Shown: positions 10,448-20,967, counted from the stretch's first letter. The stretch: 64,000 bases of DNA from Candidatus Eiseniibacteriota bacterium (GCA_965224245.1 CBDCYW010000010.1:9617-73616), one strand, 5' to 3'. The notes: a model not told the origin generated them from the letters alone. Program-made: numbers and translations.

Positions 10448-12298
10448 ATGTGGCATGACAACGAAACAACCGTTGACCTACTAGGGTACGGTCGCTTTTC
10501 GAACGTTGTAGCGGACCTCGCTTTGGATGAACGCGTTCTTCCGGTGACCATTGGACTATTCGGGGATTGGGGAAGCGGAAAGTCAAGCGTGTTGGGCATG
10601 GCGGAGGAGAAACTCACAACGCAAGAGAAGGTCTTGACGCTCCGCTTCGACGGCTGGCTTTTCGAGGGTTACGACGATGCAAAAGCCGCCCTGATGACCA
10701 CGATCATCGATAAGCTCCAATCTCATATCAGCGATAACAAGACGATAAGCGAGAAGGTCGGTCCACGGATAAAGTCACTACTCAAACGGATCGATTGGTT
10801 CCGGACAGCCGGACTCGCAGCGAAGGGCATCCTCACGCTCACATCTCCTGTCGGTGCTGCGCATCTTGCCACCGAGGGCGTCGTCAAGGGTATCACCACA
10901 CTCGCGCAGACCGTTAAGGATCCCGACCAGCTGCAGCAGTCCCTCAAGGACATGCTGCTGAAGGAAGCCCCGGGCACTCGGGAGTTACACGAGAACATCA
11001 GCGCGTTTCGAGGCGACTTCCGCAAACTTCTTGAGGAAGCAGAACTCCGGGCACTGGTCGTCCTAATCGATGACTTGGACCGCTGTCTGCCGGAGTCAGT
11101 CGTGTCTACACTAGAGGCGATCAAGCTCTTTCTATCGGTTCCTGGCACGTCCTTTGTCGTTGCCGCCGACGAGAGAGTTGTGCGACAAGCGGTGGGGCTA
11201 CGGTACCCGCACCACGAGGGTGCGGAGTTTGATTTGCCACAGGAGTATCTCGATAAGCTAATTCAGATCCCGCTAGTCCTTCCACGCCTGGATGATAGTG
11301 AAACGGAAACCTACACATATCTGTTGTTTGCGGAACGGGCGTTGTCGGCAGAGGACTTTGAGAAGGTACTGCGACTCGTTGGTGATAAACGTGCGAAGGA
11401 GGCAGGGCGACCACCACTCAACTTCGGGATCATCAAAGAGCTGCTGGGCGAAGCGGCGAAGGAACTGGAAACCGACTTCTCGATTGCTGCAGCCATCGCG
11501 CCCGTTCTCGTGCACAACGGGCATGGGAATCCCCGACTTGTGAAGCGCTTTTTGAATGCGTTGGCCCTGCGGAAACAGATCGGCGCGTCACAAGGGATGG
11601 AGTTGAAGGACGCGTTGCTTGCGAAGCTCTTAGTACTGGAGCGTTTTTATGATGACCAGTTCCAAGAACTTCATGCTTGGCAGGCTGAGCAGGGTGGGAT
11701 GCCAGAGCAAGTCCAAAAGCTCGAGACGGCTGCTGTAGACGAGGATACGAACGCAGCCGAAGAGTTCCCGATTTGGCTCACGGACGCCGCACTCAAACAG
11801 TGGCTGATGACAGAGCCCAAGCTGTCCGGAGAGAACCTGTCGTCCTATTTCACGCTGGCTCGGGAGAGCGTGAGCCTCACATCGGTTGGGGCGAGGCGTC
11901 TTTCATCTGAACAGCAGAGGCTGTTTAGCCTTCTGCAGTCGCGATCGAGAGCACAGAGACGTCAGGGGGTAGAGGCTGCGAAGTCCATGGATGTGGAGGA
12001 ACTGGGCTCTGTCTACGATGCACTGTGGGCGAAGGTGAAGACAAACCCAGGCGGCGACGCGATTGACGGTATTTTGGACTTGGCGCTCACCAGCGAGCCT
12101 ATGGCAAGGCGCGTACTGAAGAGCTTGAAGTCGCTTCCGGCTGCTTCAATCCCAGTTCGCATAATCCCGCGTTTTGCTCAGCTAGGCCAAACGCACATGT
12201 CTCTTAGCAATGATGTGAATGCACAGTTGCGAGATTGGTCTGGGTGTGCGACTCGGCGCGTGTCGACTGCGGCGACAAGAGTTCTGAATTCGGGTTAG
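10448..12298 (+). CDS. qatA: Qat anti-phage system KAP-family P-loop NTPase
   Basis: MWHDNETTVDLL start, GDWGSGKSS, LIDDLDRC, YLDKLIQIP, GNPRLVKRFLN. Confidence 0.9.
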   Translation: MWHDNETTVDLLGYGRFSNVVADLALDERVLPVTIGLFGDWGSGKSSVLGMAEEKLTTQEKVLTLRFDGWLFEGYDDAKAALMTTIIDKLQSHISDNKTISEKVGPRIKSLLKRIDWFRTAGLAAKGILTLTSPVGAAHLATEGVVKGITTLAQTVKDPDQLQQSLKDMLLKEAPGTRELHENISAFRGDFRKLLEEAELRALVVLIDDLDRCLPESVVSTLEAIKLFLSVPGTSFVVAADERVVRQAVGLRYPHHEGAEFDLPQEYLDKLIQIPLVLPRLDDSETETYTYLLFAERALSAEDFEKVLRLVGDKRAKEAGRPPLNFGIIKELLGEAAKELETDFSIAAAIAPVLVHNGHGNPRLVKRFLNALALRKQIGASQGMELKDALLAKLLVLERFYDDQFQELHAWQAEQGGMPEQVQKLETAAVDEDTNAAEEFPIWLTDAALKQWLMTEPKLSGENLSSYFTLARESVSLTSVGARRLSSEQQRLFSLLQSRSRAQRRQGVEAAKSMDVEELGSVYDALWAKVKTNPGGDAIDGILDLALTSEPMARRVLKSLKSLPAASIPVRIIPRFAQLGQTHMSLSNDVNAQLRDWSGCATRRVSTAATRVLNSG

Positions 12299-12302
12299 AG
12301 CA

Positions 12303-13067
12303 ATGGGTACCTCTGCGTCACGATCAGGTAGCAACTCTTCAACGGGCGGTGCTTGGACCACAGCCAAGACACGTGCAAGCAGGTTTGCGGGTGGAACGGG
12401 ATCCTCGGCCGCCGGTGTTGTCTCGGGTTATGCAGCTGCGCTTGCTGAATCCGGAGGTGCTTCTGGAGGAGCCGGTGGCACTGGGGGTGGTGTTGGCTCC
12501 AGCCGCGTGGCGACGGCCACACGCGTCGGGCAGGGGCTCGGCGCGTTCATGGGTGACGTCGGCTCCCGGGGGTTGGACGCTGCTCTACGTGAGCGCGGCC
12601 TTGAGCAGCTCATTGGCAAGAGCGCGGAAGAGGTACTGGCAGGAATAGCTGATCACATAGCCGGCAACGGAGGGCCGCTTGATGAAGCAATTGCGCGAGC
12701 CACGGTCGTCGAGGTTCTAACCGACATATTCGACGAGGAGCAAGACGAATACGACCAACTGCAGAAGCTTCTCGAAGACCGGCTGGACGGGGACGGATTC
12801 AAGGAGATTCTACGCCTGTTCTTGTCGAAATCGATCTTTGAGATGCTGCTAGCTGACATGGCTGATCGGTTCGAAGAGAACGGTGACAGCACGTCCGAAA
12901 TACTGCGAAAGGAAAGACAGATCGAGCAGTTCATCGAAGCAATGGTGGAGTTCGATCTGGGTCAGGCGGATCCCCTGCGATTCGATTGGGCCGGTGCCGA
13001 GGGGAAGGCGCTTGTTGAAAGGAACCTCGCAGCTGCGATCGAACAGTTGGAGGTTCTTGACGAGTGA
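12303..13067 (+). CDS. qatB: Qat system QatB
   Basis: MGTS N-terminus, Gly/Ser-rich linker, helical acidic body; lies between qatA and the QueC-like gene. Confidence 0.85.
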   Translation: MGTSASRSGSNSSTGGAWTTAKTRASRFAGGTGSSAAGVVSGYAAALAESGGASGGAGGTGGGVGSSRVATATRVGQGLGAFMGDVGSRGLDAALRERGLEQLIGKSAEEVLAGIADHIAGNGGPLDEAIARATVVEVLTDIFDEEQDEYDQLQKLLEDRLDGDGFKEILRLFLSKSIFEMLLADMADRFEENGDSTSEILRKERQIEQFIEAMVEFDLGQADPLRFDWAGAEGKALVERNLAAAIEQLEVLDE

Positions 13068-14374
13068 GCAGTCTCTTCCTTAGATCCAAAGTGCGCCAGC
13101 GGGTTCCGTCGTCGTTCTCCGACGGTCTCGTGTTTGGTCCAGTGCATGAGAAGGGAACGTGCGGCTTCTCTCACACACTGGATAAGCTCCTATGTAAGCC
13201 ACGCGATCCATCAGATGGGGCTCAGGCATTTGCCTGTCTGGCTGCGGCTGCGTTCCTGGCAGACAAGAGCTTCTCTCGGTCCGAGGCTACGGATCGTTGG
13301 ACGAGAGACATCAGAGTCAGCTTGCCAACGTCGACTCAGGACGCTTCTCTACTCGCTCCATTCGAGGAACTTCTGACGTTTCTCTCGGGTGACAGGTGGC
13401 AGCTTGAGGGACGGGATGAAAAGGCACGCATCGGCGCGCGGAGATTCTACAAGGACAAGTTCGTCCCGGATCGCATCAGCCTCTTCTCTGGCGGCACCGA
13501 TAGTCTTGTAGGCGCGATCAATGCCCTTGAGGAGGAGCACAAGGTCCTGTTGGTGAGCCACTTTGAATCAGGGATAGACGCAGGTGTTCAGAATGGCCTG
13601 GTTCGGCAGCTCCAAAGACAGTATGGAGTCGAGCGGGTCCGGCATCGCTCCATTCAGCTTTGCGTTCCCAATGCCGTGGAGAAATCATCGCGCAGCAGAT
13701 CGCTTCTGTTTTTGGCATTGGGAATCAGCGCGGCATCGGTGTATGGAGATGATACGCCACTGCTGATCCCCGAAAATGGGTTCGTCGGCCTCAACCTGCC
13801 TCTCACCGGCGCGCGTCTCGGGAGCTATAGCACCCGAACAACGCACCCTGAGTTCGTGCGCGGCCTTCGGAGGGCGCTTGAGGGGCTGTCAGTCAAGAAC
13901 CCCATCGTGAATCCGCTTCAGAGTCTGTCAAAGGGTCAATCGCTTTCTACATGCGCCAACAGGGAGCTCCTTGAGCGGCTTCTCCCGGAGACAGTCTCGT
14001 GTGCGAAGGGAAACCCGGGGCGATATCAGGGGCGAGACGAGAAGAACTGCGGCTACTGTTATCCATGCCTTATGCGACGAGCGGCGTTTCACTCATTGGG
14101 AGTGGACGTCGCGAAGCACTATCTCGAAGACGCAATTGGAGAGCCAAGAACCCTGGGAGAGGATGCGAGAGGAAGGGATACTCGAGCCCTGCTTCAAGCG
14201 GCCCGCTACTACGCTGGCAGCCGCCGGCGATTGCTGGCGGGCCTCTTGAAAACCGGGCCGATATCGGGAGCGGCATCTGTCGAAGAGTGCCTGGGCGTGG
14301 CTGCTGTCGGCTACGAGGAAGTCGCTGCGCTCGTCCGGGACAAGGGCTGCCGTACCGTGAAGCGATTTGCGTAG
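13064..14374 (+). CDS. qatC: Qat system QueC-like PP-loop protein
   Basis: WTRDI, LFSGGTDS PP-loop, PENGFVGLNLPL...STRTTHP, NCGYCYPCLMRR. Confidence 0.9.
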   Translation: MSSLFLRSKVRQRVPSSFSDGLVFGPVHEKGTCGFSHTLDKLLCKPRDPSDGAQAFACLAAAAFLADKSFSRSEATDRWTRDIRVSLPTSTQDASLLAPFEELLTFLSGDRWQLEGRDEKARIGARRFYKDKFVPDRISLFSGGTDSLVGAINALEEEHKVLLVSHFESGIDAGVQNGLVRQLQRQYGVERVRHRSIQLCVPNAVEKSSRSRSLLFLALGISAASVYGDDTPLLIPENGFVGLNLPLTGARLGSYSTRTTHPEFVRGLRRALEGLSVKNPIVNPLQSLSKGQSLSTCANRELLERLLPETVSCAKGNPGRYQGRDEKNCGYCYPCLMRRAAFHSLGVDVAKHYLEDAIGEPRTLGEDARGRDTRALLQAARYYAGSRRRLLAGLLKTGPISGAASVEECLGVAAVGYEEVAALVRDKGCRTVKRFA

Positions 14375-14377
14375 GAT

Positions 14378-14725
14378 GTGGTGATCGTGAAGGCTTTGTC
14401 TATCAAGCAACCGTGGGCGAACATGATCGCCGCCGGCGAGAAGACGATAGAAACGAGAACCTGGCTCACTGACTATCGGGGCGATCTTCTCATAGTCTCC
14501 TCCAAGTCCCCACCCATCCATCCAGCCGGGTTCGCATTGGCAATCGCTGAGCTCGTCGACTGTAGACCCATGACCCGCGGTGACGAACGGGCCGCCTGCT
14601 GCGACCTCTATCCGAAAGCTCAAGCATGGGTGTTGTCCAACATCCGACGCATCCGTCCGTTCCCTGTGAAAGGTAAGCTGGGTATCTACGATGTAGAGTG
14701 TTCCCCTGAAGTCGAGGGGGAATGA
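14378..14725 (+). CDS. ASCH-domain protein
   Basis: KALSIKQPWA...GEKTIETRTW (GxKxxExR), ending VKGKLG; start may be GTG 14387. Confidence 0.88.
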   Translation: MVIVKALSIKQPWANMIAAGEKTIETRTWLTDYRGDLLIVSSKSPPIHPAGFALAIAELVDCRPMTRGDERAACCDLYPKAQAWVLSNIRRIRPFPVKGKLGIYDVECSPEVEGE

Positions 14726-14726
14726 C

Positions 14727-17481
14727 TCAGCGCTCTTGTTCGGGATCCTGAGGCGAGGCATTGTCTAGCGCCTGGTAGATGGCGTCCTCCATCAGCGCGT
14801 TCGCATACTGTCGCGCCCACTGCAGCCACTGCCCCAGATCAGAGTTCAAGTCGGTTTCGTGCCGCTCGTTGTGGGCCCTCTGTTCAAGAGAAGCGAGAAA
14901 CTCCAAGATCGTCGCGCCTTTCTTCCATGCGGCCACCCAGGCGTCCAACTTGGTTCGCCTTGCCGTCTCAAGTTCGCGTCGCTCGGTTTCCAGCTGACGT
15001 CGTCGCTGCTCTTCCTCCCACTCCCTTTTCCTTCGTTCCGTTTCGAGGTCTTGGACCCGTAGGCGCTCAGCCCCTCGGATCAGGGCTAGAACAAACGCGT
15101 TGAGACAATGCTCAACCCGCTGCCTCTTGCCATCACTCCAAGTGCTTCGTGTCTGGCCTGGGATATGGCTTCTAATCTTCAGCGCGAGCCGACCATTCGG
15201 GTCACGCTTGTACTCTGGTGGTGGCGTGTAGGTCCAAGAGTCAGAAGAGAACGAGGACCGGCGTCTTACAGGCTTCGGCTCCAGCTTGGTAACATCAACT
15301 CCTTCCTCGATTCCGAATGCAATGAAGGAACCAAGGATGTGAACGCCCGTTGTGCTTGGCTCTGTTTGCGCACTTCCCCGATACAAATCATCCTTGCTCA
15401 GGACAGGATCCGTTACCTCGACCCGGAAGCCACGATGCTCCAGAGCCTTCAGCAGCGTGTCGGTCACCAGTAAAGCTCTTTCGATGGTGTTTCGTGAGGC
15501 ACGCACATCGAGGCATGCTTGTTTGAGGAAGATAGCGCTAGGGTTCTTTGAGTGCTTTCTGAGCGCACCGGCGCTCTTTCGAACCCATCTGTGGGAGTTG
15601 ACCAGAGTCTCGGGAACGGCGATCGCCATGCCCGGCTCGTCCTCCCTGGCCAACAGGGCCAGCGCTTCGTCCCCGGTTTCATAGTCATCGAGAGGATCGT
15701 GCCAGCGCGAAACAGTGTGCTCGGCTGGTTTGCCATCGGGGAGAGGCGGGAGCGCTTTCACTTTGACCGCCTTCCCGGCGGCTCGGCGTGCCCAGTATCC
15801 TCTTCCAGGACGGGGAATGCTCAGCTTCCGGCAGATCTTGGCCAGCGCCACATCCGAGATGCCGTGCTCCTTAGCCAACTCGCGGATTGGTGTTGCCCAG
15901 ACTGTTCGTCGTCAGAGCCTTTGGGACACTTCGCGGCTCATCGCTATGGACACTTCCCTCACGTCGGCTGGCCGGATGACGTCCTTTCTCGTGACCGGCA
16001 AGCCTAGATTGTAGCGCCTTCTGCGCCGCAGGGTCTCTCGCTTCACGAGCGCCCTCGCCGAACGGATCTCACGCCCACGGCCCTCATACACGTCCGCCGG
16101 CGTGAGGTTGTCGAGCGCCTCGTGCACGCGCTCGTGGTTGTAGTGCTCGACGAACCGACCGATCTCCTCGGACAACTCCGCGGGCTGGTAGTAGTTGCGG
16201 AGCTTCACCACGTTCTTCATCGTGCGGTGGTACCGCTCGATCTTGCCCTGGGTCATCGGGTGATACGGTCGACCCCGCGTGTGCGGGATCTCCCGCTCCT
16301 GGAGGTACCCCCGGAGCTGTCCCGAGACGTAGCAGGCACCGTTGTCGGTGAGGAGCCGAGGCCGCTGTCGCACGTGAGGCCGGGTGACTCCGGTGCGGGC
16401 GATGGCCTGTTCGAGTACCCGCTCCACGTCATCGGTCGCCATCTTCTGACAGAGCAACCAGGCGATGATGAAGCGGCTGTAGTCGTCGAGCACCGTGGCC
16501 AGGTAGTACCAGCCCCAGGCCGTCACCCGGAGGTAGGTGAAGTCCGTCTGCCAGAGCTCGTGCACGCGTCGGGTGGGGTTCGGGAACTGCTCGAGCGCCG
16601 TCAGCACCATGAACGACGGGCTCGTCACCAGGTCCTGGGCCTTCAGGATGCGATACACGCTCGATTCCGAGATGTACGTCCCATCCACGTCCGTGAGCCG
16701 CCAGGCGAGCTCCCGGGGCGAGAGATCGGGGTGATCGAGCGCCACCTCGACCACGTGCTGCCGCTCTTCGTCGGGGATGCGGTTCCAGAACCGACGAGCG
16801 GCCGGCTTGACGCCCTCCAGCGCCTCGAACCCACCCTCCTGATACAGCCGGTACCAGCGGTAGAACGTGCTCGGGGCCACCTCCAGCTCGCGCAGCGTCT
16901 GCCGGACACCGAGCTCGGAGCCCTCGACCAGTCGGATGATCTCGAGCTTCTCGGACGCCGTGTGCCTCATTGACCGTCCGACTCGTCGGCCAGATCGGCA
17001 CTTTTTTTCAGAACCGCATTGCGCACCGACAGATCGGCAACCAGATCCCGGAGCTGCCGGTTCTCCTGGCGAAGCGCGATCACCTCCGAACTCGTCGCCT
17101 CCCGCTTCGTGTTCCCCTGCAGACGCCGCTTCCCGGCCTCCAGGAACTCCTTGCTCCAGTTGTAGTAGAGGTTCGGGCTGATCCCTTCACGACGGCACAG
17201 CTCCGCGATCGTCTCCTCACCCCGGAGACCTTCCAGAACGATCCGGATCTTCTCTTCCGATGAGAACTTACGGCGGGTCTTGCGGCGGATCTCACGAACC
17301 GCCGACTCCGGGCCAGTCTTCTTCGACATCAGGTCCGCTCCTTGGATGACGATTCAAAGAATACATCCCAGAAGTGACCATTGCGATTAAGCTTGATTGT
17401 GTCCCATCAGCTCTGACGCCGAACAGCCCAGACCTGCTCGTACAGCTCCTGGCGACGATAGGTCTTGTTTTCCCATGGCAT
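14727..17481 (-). pseudogene. Island-associated hypothetical gene (N-terminal HTH-like) interrupted by an IS3-family element
   Basis: Removing 15903-17433 (IS plus one target duplication) restores MPWENKTYRRQELYEQVWATPIRELAKEHGISDVALAK. Confidence 0.85.
15903..17425 (-). mobile_element. IS3-family element, copy A, intact (orfA 16967-17329, orfB 15912-16970)
   Basis: TIRs TGTTCGTCGTCAGAGC / TGTTCGGCGTCAGAGC; DDE motifs WQTDF, TDNG, GKIER; A7G slippery run at about 17001-17008; flanking GCCCAGAC duplicated (15895-15902, 17426-17433). Confidence 0.95.
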
Positions 17482-17601
17482 GTGAGAACACTAGGATCTA
17501 GGAGAGTGAACATCCAGCGAAACTACGCGACCAACCGCTCAAGCTGTTGAATCCTGGCCGCTTGCCGCTCTGTGAGAAGCGTAAGGGGATGAGTTCTAGT
17601 T

Positions 17602-17621
17602 GAGTCCTGTACGGGGAGCCA
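17602..17621 (+). other. Displaced tRNA 3' end (tRNA-Asn-like), probable att site of the defence island
   Basis: GAGTCCTGTACGGGGAGCCA = part of T-arm, acceptor strand and CCA, with no tRNA 5' half upstream. Confidence 0.75.
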
Positions 17622-17628
17622 TGCCTTG

Positions 17629-17655
17629 GGGGCGTCTACGGGCGCCCCTTCTTGT
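17629..17655 (+). terminator. Rho-independent terminator after the tRNA fragment
   Basis: GGGGCGTC-TACG-GGCGCCCC stem followed by TTCTTGT. Confidence 0.6.
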
Positions 17656-18000
17656 GTACGCCCGGTCGGCCCTTCTCGTCGACACCGATCCCGTATATCG
17701 CGTTGTGGCACAACGTTCTCCAGCGATTTCCAGGCGTCGAATTCTCAGCATTTCCGCGCGCCGGGGAGCCCGCGGACGAGGTTCGCAGACCGTCCGACGT
17801 GGGCGTCAACTCTCAGCATCTGCGAACCCGCAGCCTGCTTGTTTACAGCGCCGTCGTAACCCGTTGGTACGCCTCAGGCCGGACTGCGGCTTTCCACGAC
17901 TCGCGCGAAACGGCCGCCTGACCTAAACTCTCCGCCAATACAGACCGCGCACGTTATGGACGGGGTGCAACGCCCCGCGCCAGCCGCGAAAGGCGTCGCC

Positions 18001-20967
18001 ATGCATCGCGTCGCACAGGCATCGCTCGCGCTGCTTCTGCTACCTGCCTTCGCACTCGCCTCCGACGACGACATCCACTGGTTCGATGGCTTCGCGCCAC
18101 CGCCCGCCGGTGAAGGACTCAACGACAAGGTCCTCGCGATGACCGAGTACGACGGGCAGCTCGTCGTGGGCGGCGACTTCACGATGGCCGGCGATCTCGC
18201 GGTGAACTACTTGGCGCAATGGACGGGTAGCGACTGGCTGGCGCTCGGTACCAGTCCTGATGGCGTCGTGTCCGCGCTCGGGACCTGGAACGGTCAACTC
18301 GTCGCAGGCGGTGCGTTCACGACCATTGGCGGAGTCTCGGCGGGCAACGTGGCCGCCTGGGATGGTGCGACATGGTCCGCGCTCGGTCTTGGCGTCGACG
18401 CGACCGTGAAGGCGATCGTCGAGTTCGAAGGCGACCTCATCATCGGCGGGCACTTCCTGAACGCTGGCGCAACACCAGCGAGCTACATCGCGCGGTGGGA
18501 TGGTGCGACCTGGAGCGAGATCGGCGGCGGTATGGACTCGCGCGTCGAGGCGCTCGCGGTCTACGACGGTGATCTCATAGCGGGCGGGCTGTTCGACATC
18601 GCTGGCGGCACTCTCGTCAATCACATCGCGCGATGGGACGGCGTCGCCTGGCAATCGATGGCGGGAGGCATGTCGGCGCGCGTGCGAGCACTGGCGGTCT
18701 GGTACGGGTCGCTGGCGGTTGGCGGCGGCTTCGAGATGGCCGGAGGGGCTCCAGCCTCACGGATTGCCCTCTGGGATGGCGCGGTCTGGTCGTCGCTCGG
18801 CGGGGGAGCGGACGACGAGGTGTTCGCGCTGGCGAGCTACAACGGATACCTGGTCGCTGGCGGTGCCTTCCAGGCTGTCGACGTGCCAGCAAGTCATGTC
18901 GGCGCCTGGAATGGTTCAGCTTGGAGGTCACTGGGAAGCGGCATAGATGACGATGCGCTCTCCATCTGTCTGGCTAGTGGCGATCTGTTCATAGCGGGCG
19001 GGTTCAACCACGCTGGCGGCGTGCTTTCACAATCCATTGCAAGGTGGGCTCGTGCGACGGATGCCATTCATTATGTGCCGCAGGAGTTCGCGACGATACA
19101 GCGCGCAGTGGACGCGTCGCCCGGATGGTCCGAGCCGGGAAGCTACACGACTGTGATCCTCAGCCCAGGTGCTTATGCCGAGGACGTTCAGATCGTCAGA
19201 AAGGACGTTCGACTGATTGGCGAGGCGATGGCGTCAACGACTGTCAGAAGCCTCTACTGGGAGGCGGGTGGTGAGTTCGGCGGCGCGCGTGACCTCACGG
19301 TCGAGACGAGTCTCATCACTAGCGGTATCTACCCCGTAGACCTCGGTCAGTTCGACGTAACCCGAGTCGCTGCCCCAGTGATTCACGTCTCCGGGATCGG
19401 CGGGTTCTCGATCCACGACTGCGCCGCGATTGAGATCCGCGGCTACGGCGAGGACTACCTCTCCTTTCCCGACATAGGAGGCTGCACAGCAGAGACGATA
19501 GAGGCGTTCTCTGATGGGGGATGCAGCGTCGGAGGTTGTACCGCTGAGTCGATCACGGTTGATGCATGGGAACAGTACGCCAATGCATCTGGAAACACGG
19601 TTCTCAGTGGGAATCTTGTGGTCGACGGCAATGAGGCTACCGCGTCCTACAACAGCGTGCTGCTTGGAAACCTATCTGTCGCCGCGACGTGCGACGCGTT
19701 CTGGGCTCGGGCGAAGGCCATCGGGAACACTGTGCTATCCGGAGAACTCTACGTTGGCTCAGATCACTGGCTCGAAGCTGTGGCCAACCAGGTCGCAGGT
19801 ACGATCTCAGCAGGAGCACCAAACATCCGCTTGAGCCACAATCAAACAGAGGGACTTGCCGCATTGTTCTCAGCTCCCTACTGCGACTACGTCGTGCCGA
19901 TTGGCTGCGTGATCGATAGCAACTTAGTCATCGGAGACGGAGGCATACGCATCAATGGGGCCTCGCTCGCGGATCTTGTTGTCGTCAAGTCGAATACGAT
20001 TGTCGATGCGATGCGTGGCATTCAGCTCACAGAGCAGCCAATGCTCGAGCTTCAAATGGTGCGGAACGTCGTTACTTCTTGTGCTGTAGGCATATCGCTG
20101 CCATCACCCGGCCCGAGTACGGTCGTCCTCTCCTGCAACGATGTGTGGGATAGCTCTGAGGCGGCGTGGCAAGGCATCGAGGACCCGACAGGCTTGGACG
20201 GAAACATCGCAGCAGATCCGCTCTTTTGCGCGGACGAAGTGTACTCGCTCGCGGAGAATTCCCCGTGCCTCCCCGGCAACCACCCCGACGGCTACGATTG
20301 CGGCCTCATCGGTGCCCTCGGTCAGGGCTGTGGCCCGGCGCTCGCGAACCTCGCCCCGGCCGGCTTCGTCTGCCTCCCAGACTCGGCCGCCGCGTGGGCC
20401 GACGACCCCGACAGCCTCCGCGTCGGCGCCATTGTCATCAACGACGGCAACCTGACCTCGGGCACGTTCGACGTTCGCATCGAGATCGAGGGCTGCGTCG
20501 GCTTCTGGGGTGACACGCAGACGATAGGGCCGCTGAGCCCTGGAGAAGTCGATACGGTCTTCGCCGGGCCGTTTGCCGTCGAGCCTCATCAGTGCACGGC
20601 GTCGGTGTTCGTCGACTACAACGATGATGAGACCGAGTCGTCCGAGCTGGACAACGATGTGGTGGATGCGTCGGTGTGCACGGTGGTCGGCGTACCGGGA
20701 GGAGATCAGAATGCACCCACGGCTTGGACCGCGTGGCCCAATCCGGCCTTCTCCAGCGTCCGGTTCAACGGTCCCTTGCCGATTGTCGACATCTCGATCT
20801 TCGACGTACACGGCCGGCTCGTGCGTCACCTCACGCCTTCGGGGGCGGATCATGCAGTCTGGGACCGTACCACTGAGAGCGGGGGTACCACCGCCCCGGG
20901 CGTCTACTTTGCACGCATGAGACATGAGAGCGGGGAGACAACCCTCCGTGTCTTGATCGGCAGGTAG
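18001..20967 (+). CDS. Secreted multidomain protein: beta-propeller repeats, beta-helix, CARDB-like Ig, FlgD-Ig-like C-terminal domain
   Basis: Signal peptide MHRVAQASLALLLLPAFALA; repeated WDGxxWxxLGxG; NLAP...ETESSELDND; IFDVHGRLVR...GVYFARM. Confidence 0.8.
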   Translation: MHRVAQASLALLLLPAFALASDDDIHWFDGFAPPPAGEGLNDKVLAMTEYDGQLVVGGDFTMAGDLAVNYLAQWTGSDWLALGTSPDGVVSALGTWNGQLVAGGAFTTIGGVSAGNVAAWDGATWSALGLGVDATVKAIVEFEGDLIIGGHFLNAGATPASYIARWDGATWSEIGGGMDSRVEALAVYDGDLIAGGLFDIAGGTLVNHIARWDGVAWQSMAGGMSARVRALAVWYGSLAVGGGFEMAGGAPASRIALWDGAVWSSLGGGADDEVFALASYNGYLVAGGAFQAVDVPASHVGAWNGSAWRSLGSGIDDDALSICLASGDLFIAGGFNHAGGVLSQSIARWARATDAIHYVPQEFATIQRAVDASPGWSEPGSYTTVILSPGAYAEDVQIVRKDVRLIGEAMASTTVRSLYWEAGGEFGGARDLTVETSLITSGIYPVDLGQFDVTRVAAPVIHVSGIGGFSIHDCAAIEIRGYGEDYLSFPDIGGCTAETIEAFSDGGCSVGGCTAESITVDAWEQYANASGNTVLSGNLVVDGNEATASYNSVLLGNLSVAATCDAFWARAKAIGNTVLSGELYVGSDHWLEAVANQVAGTISAGAPNIRLSHNQTEGLAALFSAPYCDYVVPIGCVIDSNLVIGDGGIRINGASLADLVVVKSNTIVDAMRGIQLTEQPMLELQMVRNVVTSCAVGISLPSPGPSTVVLSCNDVWDSSEAAWQGIEDPTGLDGNIAADPLFCADEVYSLAENSPCLPGNHPDGYDCGLIGALGQGCGPALANLAPAGFVCLPDSAAAWADDPDSLRVGAIVINDGNLTSGTFDVRIEIEGCVGFWGDTQTIGPLSPGEVDTVFAGPFAVEPHQCTASVFVDYNDDETESSELDNDVVDASVCTVVGVPGGDQNAPTAWTAWPNPAFSSVRFNGPLPIVDISIFDVHGRLVRHLTPSGADHAVWDRTTESGGTTAPGVYFARMRHESGETTLRVLIGR

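Noticed and set aside
17523-17711. 62-aa ORF containing WLPVQDS
   Set aside because: This is the antisense translation of the tRNA 3' remnant.
18001-19050. WDGxxW repeats as a DGR or DNA-level repeat system
   Set aside because: Repeats are degenerate at DNA level and no reverse transcriptase is present.
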